Below, piece after piece: positions 36,401 through 49,200 of a stretch of DNA of 64,000 bases. Every line of letters starts with the position of its first letter. Within the stretch, counting starts at the first letter, position 1. The DNA comes from Zygnema circumcarinatum SAG 698-1b (Eukaryota; Plantae; Zygnematophyceae), in contig CM074820.1 of the NCBI GenBank assembly GCA_037447605.1, forward strand, positions 62,001-126,000, in the 5' to 3' direction. The notes beneath the pieces were generated by a model. It saw only the letters and a list, made by a program, of their open reading frames with translations, made no database searches and was not told the DNA's origin. A program made the position numbers and the translations under genes.

Positions 36401-37969
36401 TCACATTTTACAAGCAAAATAACTTTGACTCCTTCAATGTACCAGCTGTAGAAGACAGCGCTAACTACAGCGCACCTTAAGCAGGGTGTGGAGGTGCCCT
36501 CCTTCAACTGGCTGGCCGAGAGCATTGAAGTTGTACTGCTTGAATTCCAGCTCCTTCCATGCACCACTGCATGGCACCCTCTGTTTACGTTAGGGTCACA
36601 TAGGCAAAAAGGTCCAGCGAGCAGTGCAAGTTGCTTTAGAGATGTTGCCTGCATGCATCTCAGCACCACACCTCTGCAGCATTTCTCGGGTGAGATCCGT
36701 TGCCGCCTTCTTCTTCTCCAATGCAAACTTCGGCCCCTTCTCGATACTATATGTCTTCCACGTGCTGTCCCAAGCAACCCCTGACAGAAATTAAAAGACT
36801 GAACGCGCTTCAGCAGGTTTTCCCTGTCTAACGAACATATTTTCTAAAAAGTCGAACGTTGATTCTTCCTGAAAAATACTTCTGCAGCTGGTGAAATAAC
36901 AATCGGCTACGATGCCTGAAAAGCTTCCAAGCCGACAGATGGGGCTACAGCTGGAGCTGTAAGGAGCGGCACGTGCTGGACGAGCGAGTGAAAAATCTCA
37001 CATCAGATTAATAAGCTTGCGTTTCTTGTGGAGAGTTTGTAGCTCGTCCTTTCCCACGTCCTGCATTAATCCAGCTCTAAAATTTTTAGAGGCTGCAATT
37101 TCCCGTAAGAGCCCTAAACCCCGCAGACCATGAACGCCTACAACTCCCACCATCTAGCAGCTTTACACCCTGACGCCATTCCCTGGCCGCTGAAAAATTC
37201 CTAAAGGTGAAGCGCACCAAACAAGCGAGGTTGAAATTTTGCCCCTCCCCTGGCTTTGCTAATGATGATGTTTCTGCCAATGCATTCCCACCTGTCCATG
37301 CTTTATTCGTAGAAGCTGCTCCTTCACTTTATCCTCAATGCTGTCCACCTGTGACAGCCCACGTGCAAAGGAAAATTATTGCATGCTGCATTGCGCAAAT
37401 CCCGTCAGCTCCGATTGGATAGTTAGGGTTTTATAAGCGCGGAAAACAGAGGAGGGAACAGGGTGGAAGACCCGTGCCTTCCGAACAACGAGAGGGGGTC
37501 CACTGGTACTCTTCTGCACAGCAAGCCAGCGGTTTGGCATGGCCTGCTTCATGCCAAGGTCCGCCAGAGGACCGACAATCTTCTGCTTCCCCAGCCCCAG
37601 GCCCTCTCTCCCTCACTTCAGACATCAGTATGCAATGCTTGTCGCCGGTAGCCCCCTGCAAGGGGAGCAGAAAGCTCAGTCGCGCACCTTAAGGTCGTCG
37701 AGAGAAATGCCCTCGGGCGGAACAGCTGCGAAGACCTGCGCCTCGGGGGAGCCATGGAGGGCGAAGCCGTCCGCTTCCTCCGTGAGGTCCCACTTCTCGT
37801 GGTCGTGCTCGCGCAACGCGATGAGCTCGTGCGCAGCGAGGCTGCGGATGACGCCCGTCAGCGCCGCGTGCTCGAGTCGCTCCGCGGCCGCCCACTCAGC
37901 GGAGTCAGCGATGGGCCCGCGCTCGTGCAGCGCTCGCAGCAGCCGCTCCTCCTCCACAGCGCGCGCCAT
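33489..37969 (-). CDS. FARSA: Phenylalanyl-tRNA synthetase alpha subunit, cytosolic, multi-exon
   Basis: N-terminal [81 protein letters not shown]|[18 protein letters not shown]|[16 protein letters not shown]-stop (33489). Confidence 0.96.
35745..35985 (+). repeat. Degenerate intronic minisatellite built on GAGTGAGTGTAGG-like units
   Basis: About 13-15 imperfect copies visible inside a PheRS intron. Confidence 0.85.
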
Positions 37970-38197
37970 GGCTGCCCCTGCTCCCTGCCCTCCCGCTGCC
38001 CTGCTCCCTCTCCCCGCCCTCCCTCCCTCGCTGACGGCCTTCCAGTTTTCAGTTTGCGCCGCGTCGCGTCGCTGCGAGTTGCGGCCGTACTTGAGTGACG
38101 TCGTCAGCGTGTTCCAATGACGTCAGTATTTTACGGCTGACATCATGCGGCAAAGGGACGCGGAAGGCCGAGCCCCTCCCAGGCCGGAGGGGCCGCC
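37970..38197. promoter_or_regulatory. Compact bidirectional promoter between FARSA and the LisH-WD40 gene
   Basis: Only 228 bp separate the two ATGs. The region contains TGACGTCG (~38096), TGACGTCA (~38118) and TGACATCA (~38138). Confidence 0.6.
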
Positions 38198-41100
38198 ATG
38201 GATGCCGATGGGGAAGGGGAGGCGGCGCGTAGCTCCGAGCTCGGGCGATCTCCCGCGGAGCTGGTAGAGCGCGCGCTGGAGGTGTGCTACGTGGGGCCCC
38301 CACGCAGGAGCGCGCGCAGCGGGGACGTGCTCTTCGACCCTGCCGCACCGCGCATCAAGCAGGCCTGCGCTAACCCTAACCCTAACGCTAAATTCCCCTC
38401 CCTGCTATGTTGCGCCTGGACAGTAGAAAACGCTCAAATGGCGCTGACGGAGGGCGTTTCGGGGCGACAGGACATCCTCCGCCTCATTCTGCAGTACCTG
38501 CAGGATGAGGGCTTCACAACCGCTGCCGTGATTCTGCAGGACGAGGCAGAAGTGCGGGTTAAGCAGCAGATACGGAGCAATGAGCACTTCAAAGGCCTCA
38601 GGAAAGCTATTTTAGGTACTGCTATCTGCACTGGAGTCTCCGGTTGCTCCGTCTTCTTTTCCTCGCACCCGCTCACTTCACATTCTCAAGTTCAAACTAG
38701 TGAGAAGTAGTGAGAATTTACAGGTGAATGGAAGGAACAATATATCTTCTCATTTAAGACGAGTTTCTTGAGAGGGAAGATAGGTTATCCCCGCAGTCAT
38801 TAAACTTCTTCAACTATCTCTTTCTCCAATTCCTCCTCATTGAACACATGTGGAGACGATCCCAAGAGCTGGTTTACCCCTCTCCTTTTTTGAATTGGAT
38901 ATATTTTTGCACTTACATTTCTTAACAATCCTTTAATTGGATATTAAAGATATCTAAGATATCTTCACATGAATTGTCGAAGTGAGCAGAATCGTTTGAG
39001 CGTATCCTTTTTTGCGGTCCTGAAATTAGTTGATCAATACGTTCATGTGATCCGTATCTAAATAGCACTTACCCCATTTCTTCAGGACAGTTGCAGACAG
39101 CTGTCACACGTGGCACCATTTCTAGATTGCTCTTTCTCCACTATCCCTCTTTTACTTTACCACTTCCCCAACTTTTCTTTTCTAAAAGCAACTGCCCTCC
39201 CCTGTCGTTTCCGCTTGTGACTAACATGAAGTAGCAGACTCAAAGTGATGAATACAACTCCAAGCAAACACGTCCATGTGATTTCGCCCTCCTATCTTCA
39301 ACATTCATTCTACTTTCCTTACCGCTGCAGACACTATTCTGATCCCTCCGCACCCCCCCCCCCCCGGCTCCTGACCTCGCCGAACTCTGTAACCCCTATT
39401 TTCACCCTGGTTTGGAACCCTTCAAAGTTTCGCGCACACGCTCCACACTAATCAACAAATTCGTGCGGCTTTCATTGCAGACGGGGATTGGGTGGAAGTG
39501 GACAAGCTTGTTCAAAATGTTGCTCTCAGAGAAAACACGCAGCTCCAATACAGCATCTATCGCCAGCATTACCTGGAGCTCATCGAGCAGACGGAGTTTC
39601 AGAAGGTGCTCCTGCAGGCTGCCTCCTTGAAGCATTCGAACTGCTTCACGGCTGAGGGCTGGCTTGGATGAACGAGGGGCCCTAATGGAATTCACAGGAT
39701 GCGGAACGGGTATGCAGGCCTTCACCCTTCTGAGCAAGCGGCTGAAGCCGTTGGAGCTTCAGGGAGCACCGCTTGGGGAGTTTCGTGACCTCTGTTATCT
39801 GCTCACCTGCAGATCGGTGCAGGAGGCTCCCGCCTTCAAGCAGTGGGAGGGGGTCTCTGCATCACGGTATCGAGACAGCAGAACCACTGCAGTTAATTCT
39901 CGGGGGGAGACTAGGGAATAGTAAGGATGGAACTAGACGCATCAAAAAGCTGAATTTTGTGTTAAAGCTGTCCAGTAATGCAGGAAGCTGAATCATGTAG
40001 ACTAGGAAAGTCTGGGAAACTTGTAGGAGAGGAGCTGGTGTTGATGCCGTCCCTTTCGTGAATGGTGATTGGAGTGTGCAGGGAGAAGCTGGTGGAACAC
40101 TTGGCAGGAATGTTGGAGCTGGGCGGGGCCACCCTCACTGGTCAGGGTTCCACTCTACACCAGTTCATTCGAATGCATCACATTAGCACAGAGCGGCATC
40201 TGAAGGGGAGAGAGATGGTTTGCAGGTCCTCCGCAAGAGGCCCCTCCGCAGCGGCTGGTCCACCTGCTTGGCCAGGCAGTGCGTTACCAGATAGAGGGCA
40301 GCCGCTACCATCCCAAGGTGCTGCCCCGCATCTCCACGTAAGCATCGCAGCCATGGATTCCATTCTCGGAGCCATCCCGTCATACTGGTGACCCTCCACG
40401 GCGTCAACACTAACGCGAAAATGGAGCCGGTGCAGCCTGCTGGAGGACTACGCCTGCTTTTTGCTGCCTAATGCGAGCAAGGCCACTCTGAGGGGACATC
40501 GGGAGAATGTCAAGTGTGTCTCCTTTCCCACCTACTGTTGCAAATATGCGAATTTGGAGAGTTTAGTCGCTTTGCCTGGGTGGGCTGGACAAAGTATCTT
40601 AGTTGTAGCTGGTTTGAAGGTGCAGATGTGTCGACTTTGTGGGTGACAGTGGCGATCTGTTGATCTCCGGCTCGAGGTAGGCCTGCCGCTCTCTGCTCTT
40701 GCTGCCTTCTGCGAAGCCTCTAGGGGGACGACCAGTCTCCTGTCCAGAAATATGAAATGTCTCCTACAAAGGATTTACCTCTTAGATGCATGGTGTATGA
40801 ACTGTCAGCTGAAAGCGGTCAACTAAGATGGCTTTTGAGAGCGCATACCTCCCACCCATGTTGTCCCCTGCAGCGACAACACTCTGCGCGTGTGGCGAGC
40901 AGAGGACGAGCGCTGTGTGCGTGTGCTCTGCGGGCACACCTCGCGAGTGTGGGACGTGGCATGCAGCAGCGAGGGCGATGTGGCTGCCAGCGCATCAGGG
41001 GACTCCTCTGTACGGGTGGGCCCCCTCCCCTCGGCTGCAGGTCAGAGGGTTGGCAAGAATGCTAACCGTTCCGCGGCTACTGAAAGCACATGCGCCCGTC

Positions 41101-43076
41101 TTTCTGCTGAGGTAGGGAGATTAGAGTCCCTGTTTGCGGCAGGGAGGCAGAGGGAGAGGTAGAGCTGATAAGGGAGGGAGGGAGGTTTGCAGCTGTGGGA
41201 CATGCGAGCTCTGAGGGATGAGCAGACCGGCCATGGCGACACGCAGAGCTCTGCCGCGACCTTGAACGCACATGAAGGGGATGTGTACAGCGTCAAGTTT
41301 CACCCTTCGAATGTAGGCTCCAAGAAGCTCCTGTGCCTGGTAGGAATCCTTTACTAAATCTATCTGCCATGAAATTCGCTCACACTGATGCAGGACTGGA
41401 GGAGTTGCAGAGCCATGTCGCCACTGGAGGGTACGACAAGACAGTTCGTCTCTGGGATGCTGCCACGGGAGCTCTTGTCCGTACACTGAGGGGGCACAGT
41501 GGCAGCGTTTCGCGCGTGGTTTTCACGCCGGGGGGAAACCTGCTGGTGAGCGCCTCCAAGGACAGCACTGTGCGCTTTTGGGACATTGCAAGCGGCGTTT
41601 GTGTCAAAACGCTCAGTTCGCACCTTGGAGGTGTCCTCACTCTCCCTCCCCGTGCCCACCCCGTCTCCCATCCTGTAAATTACTTTGTTGTCTAGAGGGA
41701 TGCATTGTGGGCATCAACGGCTGGGCTCTGATGTATGAGACAAGGGATTGCCTGAAGCAGATGTTGACATGCTGTGACTGGGAGGAGAACACTGTTGTAG
41801 ACATGCTCCACTGTTAGAAAGAGTGAACTTGACGCAAGGACCGGGTAAAGCTCTGTCTGCCAGTCAGCCTGCTTGAATGTGAAGGAGAGCGTCATCGTGT
41901 ACATTACTTTCCACATCATAAAGGGGAGGAAGGTCATACTTTTGAGAAGGGAATTCTTGGAGTATCATGTGATGAATGAAGCGACGCTCTTTCTGTGAAA
42001 GAAGAAGGTGCTCTCTGTCAGTCTCATTTAAAAAAAGACTTCTTTAATTTTACGAGCACTCGTATAGATGAGATGACTGCTGTGGCTTCCGAAAGTAAGC
42101 CAGTCTCTAACGAACAGAGTTGGTGCACATGCAGAGGTGACATCAGTGGAAGTTAACCGCAGCGGAAGCCTGCTGTTGAGTGGTTCGAAAGACAACTCCA
42201 ACCGCCTGTGGGACCTCCGCCTAGTGAATTTCTCCCCTGTTCACCCCCCCCTGCGCTGTAAATGCATAGAAGAGTTTCCCTCTCCACCATCTCTTCCCAC
42301 CCTGCCAGCGGCCCCGTCAAACGCGCCCAATGGCTCTGCATGCAGGCCCGCCCCATACAACGCTTCAAGGGCCATCAGAACACAAGCAAGAACTTCGTGC
42401 GCGCGTGCTTTGGCCCCAGTGAGGATCTCATTGTTGGGGGCTCAGAGGTGGGCCCTCGCGACTCCCCGCCTGCGCCTCCTGCAAAGCATGCTCTGCCTCT
42501 GCCTCTGCCTCTGCCTCTGCCTCGGCCTGACGGGAGTGCACCTGGTTGATACAGGACGGGCTGGTGTACATCTGGGACGCTGCCACAGGGGAGGTCATGC
42601 AGCGGCTAGGAAACTGTGGAGTCGAGGGACACCAGGGCACAGTCTACCGCGCAGTCTGGAACACTAACCAGAGTCTTCTTGTCAGGTGTGGTCATAGTTC
42701 GTATTGCTATGAAGTTTTTAATCTGCAGTTGCAGCTAGAAGCTCAGACAGGCGTAGAAGTGCTTGGGAAGTCTTTGGAAGTGCCCGTCTAAGCTGCTTGT
42801 TTGCAAGTTCCTTTTCATTAGGTATAGGGCTCGATTTTTTTTTTGTCTCAACGGGGAACCCGTCGCCACAAAGCAGCTCCTCTTTCTGGGCCTTCGCTTT
42901 TGCAGCTTTCGGGACATTTTCCAAGTGTAGGGTTTGTCCTTTCACTGTCCCATGTGGGTATGAGGAAGCTGAAACTCTCGTTGGTGGATGGGTGTTGCAG
43001 CTGCGCTCACGACTGCACTATCAAGACGTGGTGGTACGATGAAACACGCCCCTTGATTCAGGACGACAGCAGCTAA
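38198..43076 (+). CDS. LisH-CTLH-WD40 repeat protein, multi-exon
   Basis: LisH: RQDILRLILQYLQDEGFTTAAVILQDEA. CTLH-like: AILG|GEW, YRQHYLELIEQTEFQK|AFTLLSKRLKPLE. WD40 repeats: LRGHRENVKCV, GHTSRVWDV..ASASGDSSV, GYDKTVRLWD..GHSGSV..ASKDSTVRFWD, GSKDNSNRLWD, FKGHQNTSKNF, CAHDCTIKTWWYD-..stop 43076. Exact exon 1 splice sites are uncertain. Confidence 0.85.
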
Positions 43077-45121
43077 CCAACATGCGTTTGTTGCCCCCCC
43101 AGGGCTGGGCGGGTTCTCGGGCTCAGTCATTGAAGCAGTCAGGTGACAGGCATTCGCTTGATCGACGGTCACAGGGCTAGGCTGAAAAGCCTCGTTGGCG
43201 GGAGATGTCACATTTTTTGCGCCGCTCAGGTGGGCAGGACATGGTCCGGCAATGTCGTTCCAGCGGATGAGTTTTGTCCCTCCACTGTGAACAGCAGCAC
43301 CCTTTGACACAAGGCAAGGCTTGCTCCCAGTCTTCAGGAGTCCCAAAGTGCTGGAGGCTCGCCCGCGTAGACCCGTCCTGCCGTTGTTGGTCGAGTTGCA
43401 TGACGCGGCATTGCACCAAGCAGCTCTAAATGAGCGGCGCTTTTCTACTCGAGCCGCGGCTGCCCGTGCAGAGGCCCTTGGTTTGCGCGCTCGTCACCAC
43501 GTGCACCTCTGCGCTCGGATACCGTGAGATGTAGGCATGCTGGTCAAAATTCCTTCGTCACAGAATTGCAATGTCAGGCTCGAACGAATAGGGCCTGGGC
43601 AACAATTGAGATCATTTTGTCGAAACAACTCTTGCACATGAATTTAAGAATTCCGTAGCAAGTTCTTATTTTTTTGGTTCATTCTATTCTTCTGACTGTT
43701 TGCGCTTTCGTCGTAAAGGCTTTGATAGGAAGGTGATGTGCCTTACCAGGGAGTACACAAATTTTGACCCCCCGAAGCTATGAATTTCGAAGATAACACA
43801 TGTCTTTTGTCCGACAGCCTCTATTGACAACATTTCAGACATGCACATGCATGTCCACGGTGACGCAGGGAAAATGCTTATTTGCTACGGCTGCAGGCAG
43901 CCCCACTGCAGCCATGCACACGCACAGCCTTTAAGCTCGTCCAAAGACTAAAACATGGGACAAAGCCTAAGGTTATAGCACTGACTATTACGGAAAGGAA
44001 TTACATGTAATAAGGATAGCGTCCACCTGAAAAACATTATCAAAAAATGAAAAGGCCATTGGCAAGCTCCTTCGATCGTCCTGACAACATCTCAAAATCT
44101 GCAACATGTTGACATTCAAATGCCAATATCAGTTTGGAAACATGCCACTTGCGGGAGAAGAGAATGAGCGTCATCCAATTCTGTGTGTGGAGATTGGCTT
44201 TGACTCCAAGCCTGAACCTGCCTCTGCCTCTGACTCCGGCTCTGGCTTTGGACCACGGGCCAAACCACATACAGTTGTGATGCGGCGGCTGGAAAGCAGA
44301 GGATTATGAATATACAACCAACGCTAATGCGTTTTGGGAATTGGCTTCGAGAAAGCCAGAATAAGGAAAAGAAGCACCATGCTTGACATAAGATAATCTT
44401 CATAGAAAACCTAAACAACAACACTCATACATATAGTAGATCCAGGGCTATACCAGCAAATGATCGAAAGCAGATCACTGAGCACTCAGGAGGACAAAAA
44501 AAAATGAATAAAGAGGTACATAATTAACTGGTGTGTGCTTATCAAAGACACTGGTGCCCTTGTTTCGGGACATATGAAACACCTAGCTGGATTCCAGAAA
44601 GTCACTGCGTCCAGGCAGTAGCGAGAAAAATAACTCTGCTACGAAAACACTCTGCAGAATAGCATGTAAATTGACTAGCGCCACATGACACACCACGAGT
44701 GCAATTCGCTTTCCATTCCATTCATAAAAAAAAATAAGACTGAAATCTAAACTTCTTGCTTTTGCAGAAATCTAGGGACTTCCTACCTTTGGCTCTCGAC
44801 CAAGAGGAGAAGCAAAATATTCGAACCAGAATAGTGACCTTTCTCGGCTTGAACAACTGCTCAGACACGGACCAGAATGCATCCAACTGGGAATCTATCC
44901 TGAAATAAAAGCTCTGATATACAGCAGCAAAGTTGTCAACACATTGCTCGACCGTTTGACCCTAATAAGTCAGAGCAGCGAGTCCTGCCAGTAACAATCC
45001 CAAAAATTCTCAGCTGTTCCCTGACTGTCATGTCCTTGATCATCCTACAGGACTAGAGCACTGCCACCGGCTCAATTGCAGAGCATACCTGCCCAGAAGG
45101 ACTGTCGAGCCCGCTTGCAGG

Positions 45122-45724
45122 TCAAACATGCCCGATAGATGCGGGCAATTGTGACGATACAGGCTGGGGAGCATTCAACCACGAAAGAAATCCTCCCGAA
45201 TCTTGGTCATCTAAAAACAGATCGTCTGGAACTCTGAACGCCGCGTGTGCGGTCGCCGCTATAAGTCCTATGGTAAGCCCCGAGAGGATGATCGAAGCAA
45301 CCGGAGTGAACACCATCACTAAGACTGTGAACAATGCAAGAGCAAGGAATTTCTCCCGTTCATTAATCGTCCTGTTGGATATAACGAGCGGCCCCGTGCG
45401 AAAGATGTACATGTAGCTCCAGAGCGCCAGCAGCCCGATCAAGCAGGCAATGGAGACAGGGTTCCAAATCATGCTGAGGAGCACCGTCGCGAGAAGGACC
45501 AACACATAGTTGACCCTGAAATACGCAGCATTCTTCCTAATGCGGGTGGTGGCCTCCGTGAGGCTCTCCGGTTTGACAAAAGCATTGCGATCAAGGAGCT
45601 CCTGCCACGGGCGCTGCTGCACCAGCGCCTGCTTCGCAAAGTCCTGCACCTTGGCGACGAGCGCGCGCGCCACCTGCGAGGAGCCTGCGGTGGGCGGGCC
45701 GTCGAGGGCGGCGGGCGCGGCCAT
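45122..45724 (-). CDS. PRA1: PRA1 family protein (prenylated Rab acceptor, B-type), intronless CDS
   Basis: RPWQELLDRNAFVKPESL.EATTRIRKNAAYFRVNY, hydrophobic helices and AHAAFRVPDDLFLD. The likely start is MAAPAAL at 45724. Confidence 0.95.
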   Translation of the reverse strand: MAAPAALDGPPTAGSSQVARALVAKVQDFAKQALVQQRPWQELLDRNAFVKPESLTEATTRIRKNAAYFRVNYVLVLLATVLLSMIWNPVSIACLIGLLALWSYMYIFRTGPLVISNRTINEREKFLALALFTVLVMVFTPVASIILSGLTIGLIAATAHAAFRVPDDLFLDDQDSGGFLSWLNAPQPVSSQLPASIGHV

Positions 45725-45902
45725 GGGTGCTCCTGCTCCTGCTCCTGCTGCCTGCCTCCTGCCGCGCGGCTCTGCCCTCATCAGGCGGCGGAGCAAGCTG
45801 GGAGGGCGGGCGGGTCGGAGCGGTGAAAGAGGGAGCAAGGGAAGCGACCCAGGCCGGGCGGCCGGGCGGCCGGGCGGCAGGCTCCCTCCCGCCCTTCCGT
45901 GG

Positions 45903-46107
45903 CCGTACGGTACGGCACCAACCCTGCCGTACGGTCACGCACATACCTGTACGGAACCTCAGGTTCCAGTTTCGGTTGGGTCCGCCGGACGGTGGATGGC
46001 GTCAGCGCACGTAGCGCGGCAGGCGCACACCGGAGGAGGAGATCCGCCACGCGGCCGCGCCCGATTGGTGGCCTGTCGCCACGAGGTACGGGTGGCGCCA
46101 CGTGGCG
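45903..46107. promoter_or_regulatory. PRA1/ISA3 divergent promoter with CCGTAC cluster, CCAAT box and G-box
   Basis: GTAC cores in CCGTAC context at ~45903, 45910, 45927, 45948 and 46086; GATTGG at ~46063; CGCCACGTGGCG at 46096-46107. Confidence 0.5.
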
Positions 46108-46245
46108 GAGGGAGGGGCAGGCTCCCGCTCCCGCTCCCTCGCCCGCCCCCTCGCTCGCTCTCCCTCGCAGTCCCACGTGGCCGTCCGAGAACGGGCGCTG
46201 CGGGGGCTGTCTCCGCCTGCGGGATCGCGAGCAAGGCAGCCAGCC

Positions 46246-49200
46246 ATGCCGCCGCAGGGGCTGCTCTCCTCGCCGCCTCGCTCTCCTCCGCCTTGCGGCG
46301 ACTTGCGCAAGGTTCCACCGCAAATCATCCTCGCTCGCTGCTTTGGGTTAGGCTGGATGCGCGTGCCTCTTGGACAGCGCTCTTTCTTGATTTAGAAACG
46401 AGCATTTGGTTTTGGTTCTTACCGAACGGAGTTGATGTCCGCTGTTGAAAAAGACATCAAGCACCTCGCTGTTCTGGGCAAGTTCTTGGGTTTTAGTTTG
46501 TAGAACTGCAGCTCCATCCATTTTTTAAACGGGGTCGTTTTTTTTTATTCAAGCGTGAGGGGTTCCTTTTCTGCGAGTTTGCCTGTTGCTTGGTATCAGA
46601 GAAAGCGACAGAGAAGTACCTGTGCGATACCATTCGCATTGCAGCTGGTACTTGTTTAGTTTTACGTTATTGGTTGCTTGGAATTCGTGATTAAGATTCC
46701 ATCCTTCTTCGCGGCCTCATTTCACACTCAAATGGGAATGCAGCGGAGGAGCGAACCTTAAATATGACTGCATTAACTCCAGATGATCCTGACGCGTTGG
46801 AATGCAACAGTAAAACATACAGGGATATAACTTAATGACTTGAACAAGTTCTGATCTCAAAGAACTTTTTATCTATTGTAGACGACTGTATGACATGAAT
46901 GCCAAGCAAGGAAGAATTAATGCGGGTCAAGTAGCTTTTTCGTGCAGGTTCTGTCAGATAGCCTTTTTGTCAAAACACTCAACAGAGAGCAATGTAAAGG
47001 GAACCTTTCTGCCGTATCAGCGCACTTATCAGAATCTGCTGCAAGATTTGGCGCCGTATCAACTGGGAGCGCATCCTCCTCGGGGCCACTGACTTGGCTT
47101 ACAAACTCCAGACAGTATAACACCTCCCACACAGCCAACTGGCGGACTGCATTGCAGCTGCAGGGCGGACGAAGAAATGCGATGCCATTGCCAACTGGCT
47201 ATATTCCGAAAAGTTCAACTTCAACAAAGGCACCAGTAAGCTACACCTCGAACGGTCTATAGTTTAATCAATCAGCAATTCGGTCTCACTCTAGCTAGTT
47301 AATTCCTTTGTTGGGCTTTCCAGTTTTGTCATATTGGACATGCGCGGATTTTCTCTGGCAGGCTGAGGCGAGCAATAAGTTTGCTGTAGCAGCTGCGGTG
47401 ATTAAAGAAGAGCCTCCTACCACTCTTTCTAAGCCTGAGGAGAAGACGAAGTCGGCAGAGCTCCGCATTGGAGCAGGGCAACCATCACCTTTGGGACCGT
47501 CCCTCGTCTCTAGCAATGGCACAAGCGCAGTTAACTTCGCTCTCTTCTCCAAGCATGCCACAGCTGTCACATTGTGCCTGTGAGATCATTAACCCGCATT
47601 TCTTCACAACCTTCTGGGTTGTTGTTATAAGGTAGTAACTACTGCAGATCTCTTCCATAATCCGTTTCGAGAAGGTTAAGGCAGGTTACACCAAAGAGTG
47701 ACTCCCGTATCGACCATCTGTCACAAGCATGGAGCCACTGGTGCGAGGCTGTTGGAGTGTATTAATAGGGGGTATTCGAGCTGTAGCAATTTAGAAAACA
47801 ACCATTTGCAAGTTTGTCCAATGCCAATACACATTTATTTTTTGCAAGTCCTTCTAAATTGAGTTTTTTACAACAGATTTAGAAAAACCGGGATGAATCA
47901 ATCTGGACACGACTTGTTGTTTGGCAATCGATTTACATGGAGACATTGATTTGAGGCAGAGTTACTGTAGATTCATGGTTCTTGAATCTGTAATAAATTG
48001 GACAATGTTCGCTACTGAGTCATGTACAGTTTATGTGAGCCAGCTGGAGCATTTTGGCGAGGGAATCTAATACCTAACTCAAAAACTTGCATTGTATACA
48101 GAAGATGTATTTAGCTAGGCCGACTTGTTTGATTTCACTTGAGATCACTGCCCTCATCAAAAATACTCAATGGAATTAGGAAGTGTACATGTACATTTGA
48201 TGGCATTACCATCGTGAGATCAATGCCACATCATTCCTTCCAATCAGGAAGTCGAGGAGAATTTTATGCCCATATTCTTTTGACGCTGTACTTATCAGTT
48301 TACCAAGATGCTTGTCGTCTGCATGGAGAGCAGCTATTTACATGGAGATAAGAACCAATCTCCGAGCCACGAGTTCCCACTGAGCCCAAAAAGTCATCGA
48401 TCGGGTGATGTTTGGCACGCTGTGGTCGAGGTATGCATGGTATTACGGAGTCCTTGTCCGACTGACATGATTGGAGCCTCAGTTACTACTTTAATTTGCA
48501 CTCAGGAATCGGAAGTATTCAGCGCTGTTATGACTTCTATTTCTAATCAGATTCTCACTGGCATTTCATCTTTGGCGTGCTTAGCGATTCAACTAACGAT
48601 CAGAGTTCGCCGGGAAATTGCTAAAAGCAGAGTCTGATGATGGTAGTGAATATAGTAGTATTGAAATGATGAGTATAATGACGATAGTTACCAGTGGGGG
48701 TGTCCAGGACTTGCCATTGAGTGGAGTTCTGTATGCCTACAAGGTTGATGGGCCACGAGGGTGGGAGGCCGGCCATCGATTCGACCCAGAAACACACCTG
48801 CTTGATCCGTACGCTCCTTTGGTTGAAGGCCGCCGAGTGTTTGCTGATGCGCGGGAGAAGATGGCTCCCTTCCTCGGAACATTTGCATTTGACGAAGCGC
48901 CGTTCGACTGGGGAGATGCTGAAAACTTCACATGGCCATTGGTACATGAGGTGAGGCATACACCTGCTCATTGAGTCTCCCTCCAAGACTCCCTCGTTCT
49001 ATGCATTAGGCAAGAACAAGCATCCTGTGCTGGAAACATACTTGAAAATTTCAACCTGTACACCCTAGGGAGGGCAGAACTCACAGCCTTCATTTTATCT
49101 TGGCTGGTATGGAAAGCAGAAGGATGTAATTGTGTACGAGATGAATGTTCGAGCGTTCACTGCGGACTCTTCGAGCGGATTGGAGGAGGGGCTGCGAGGC

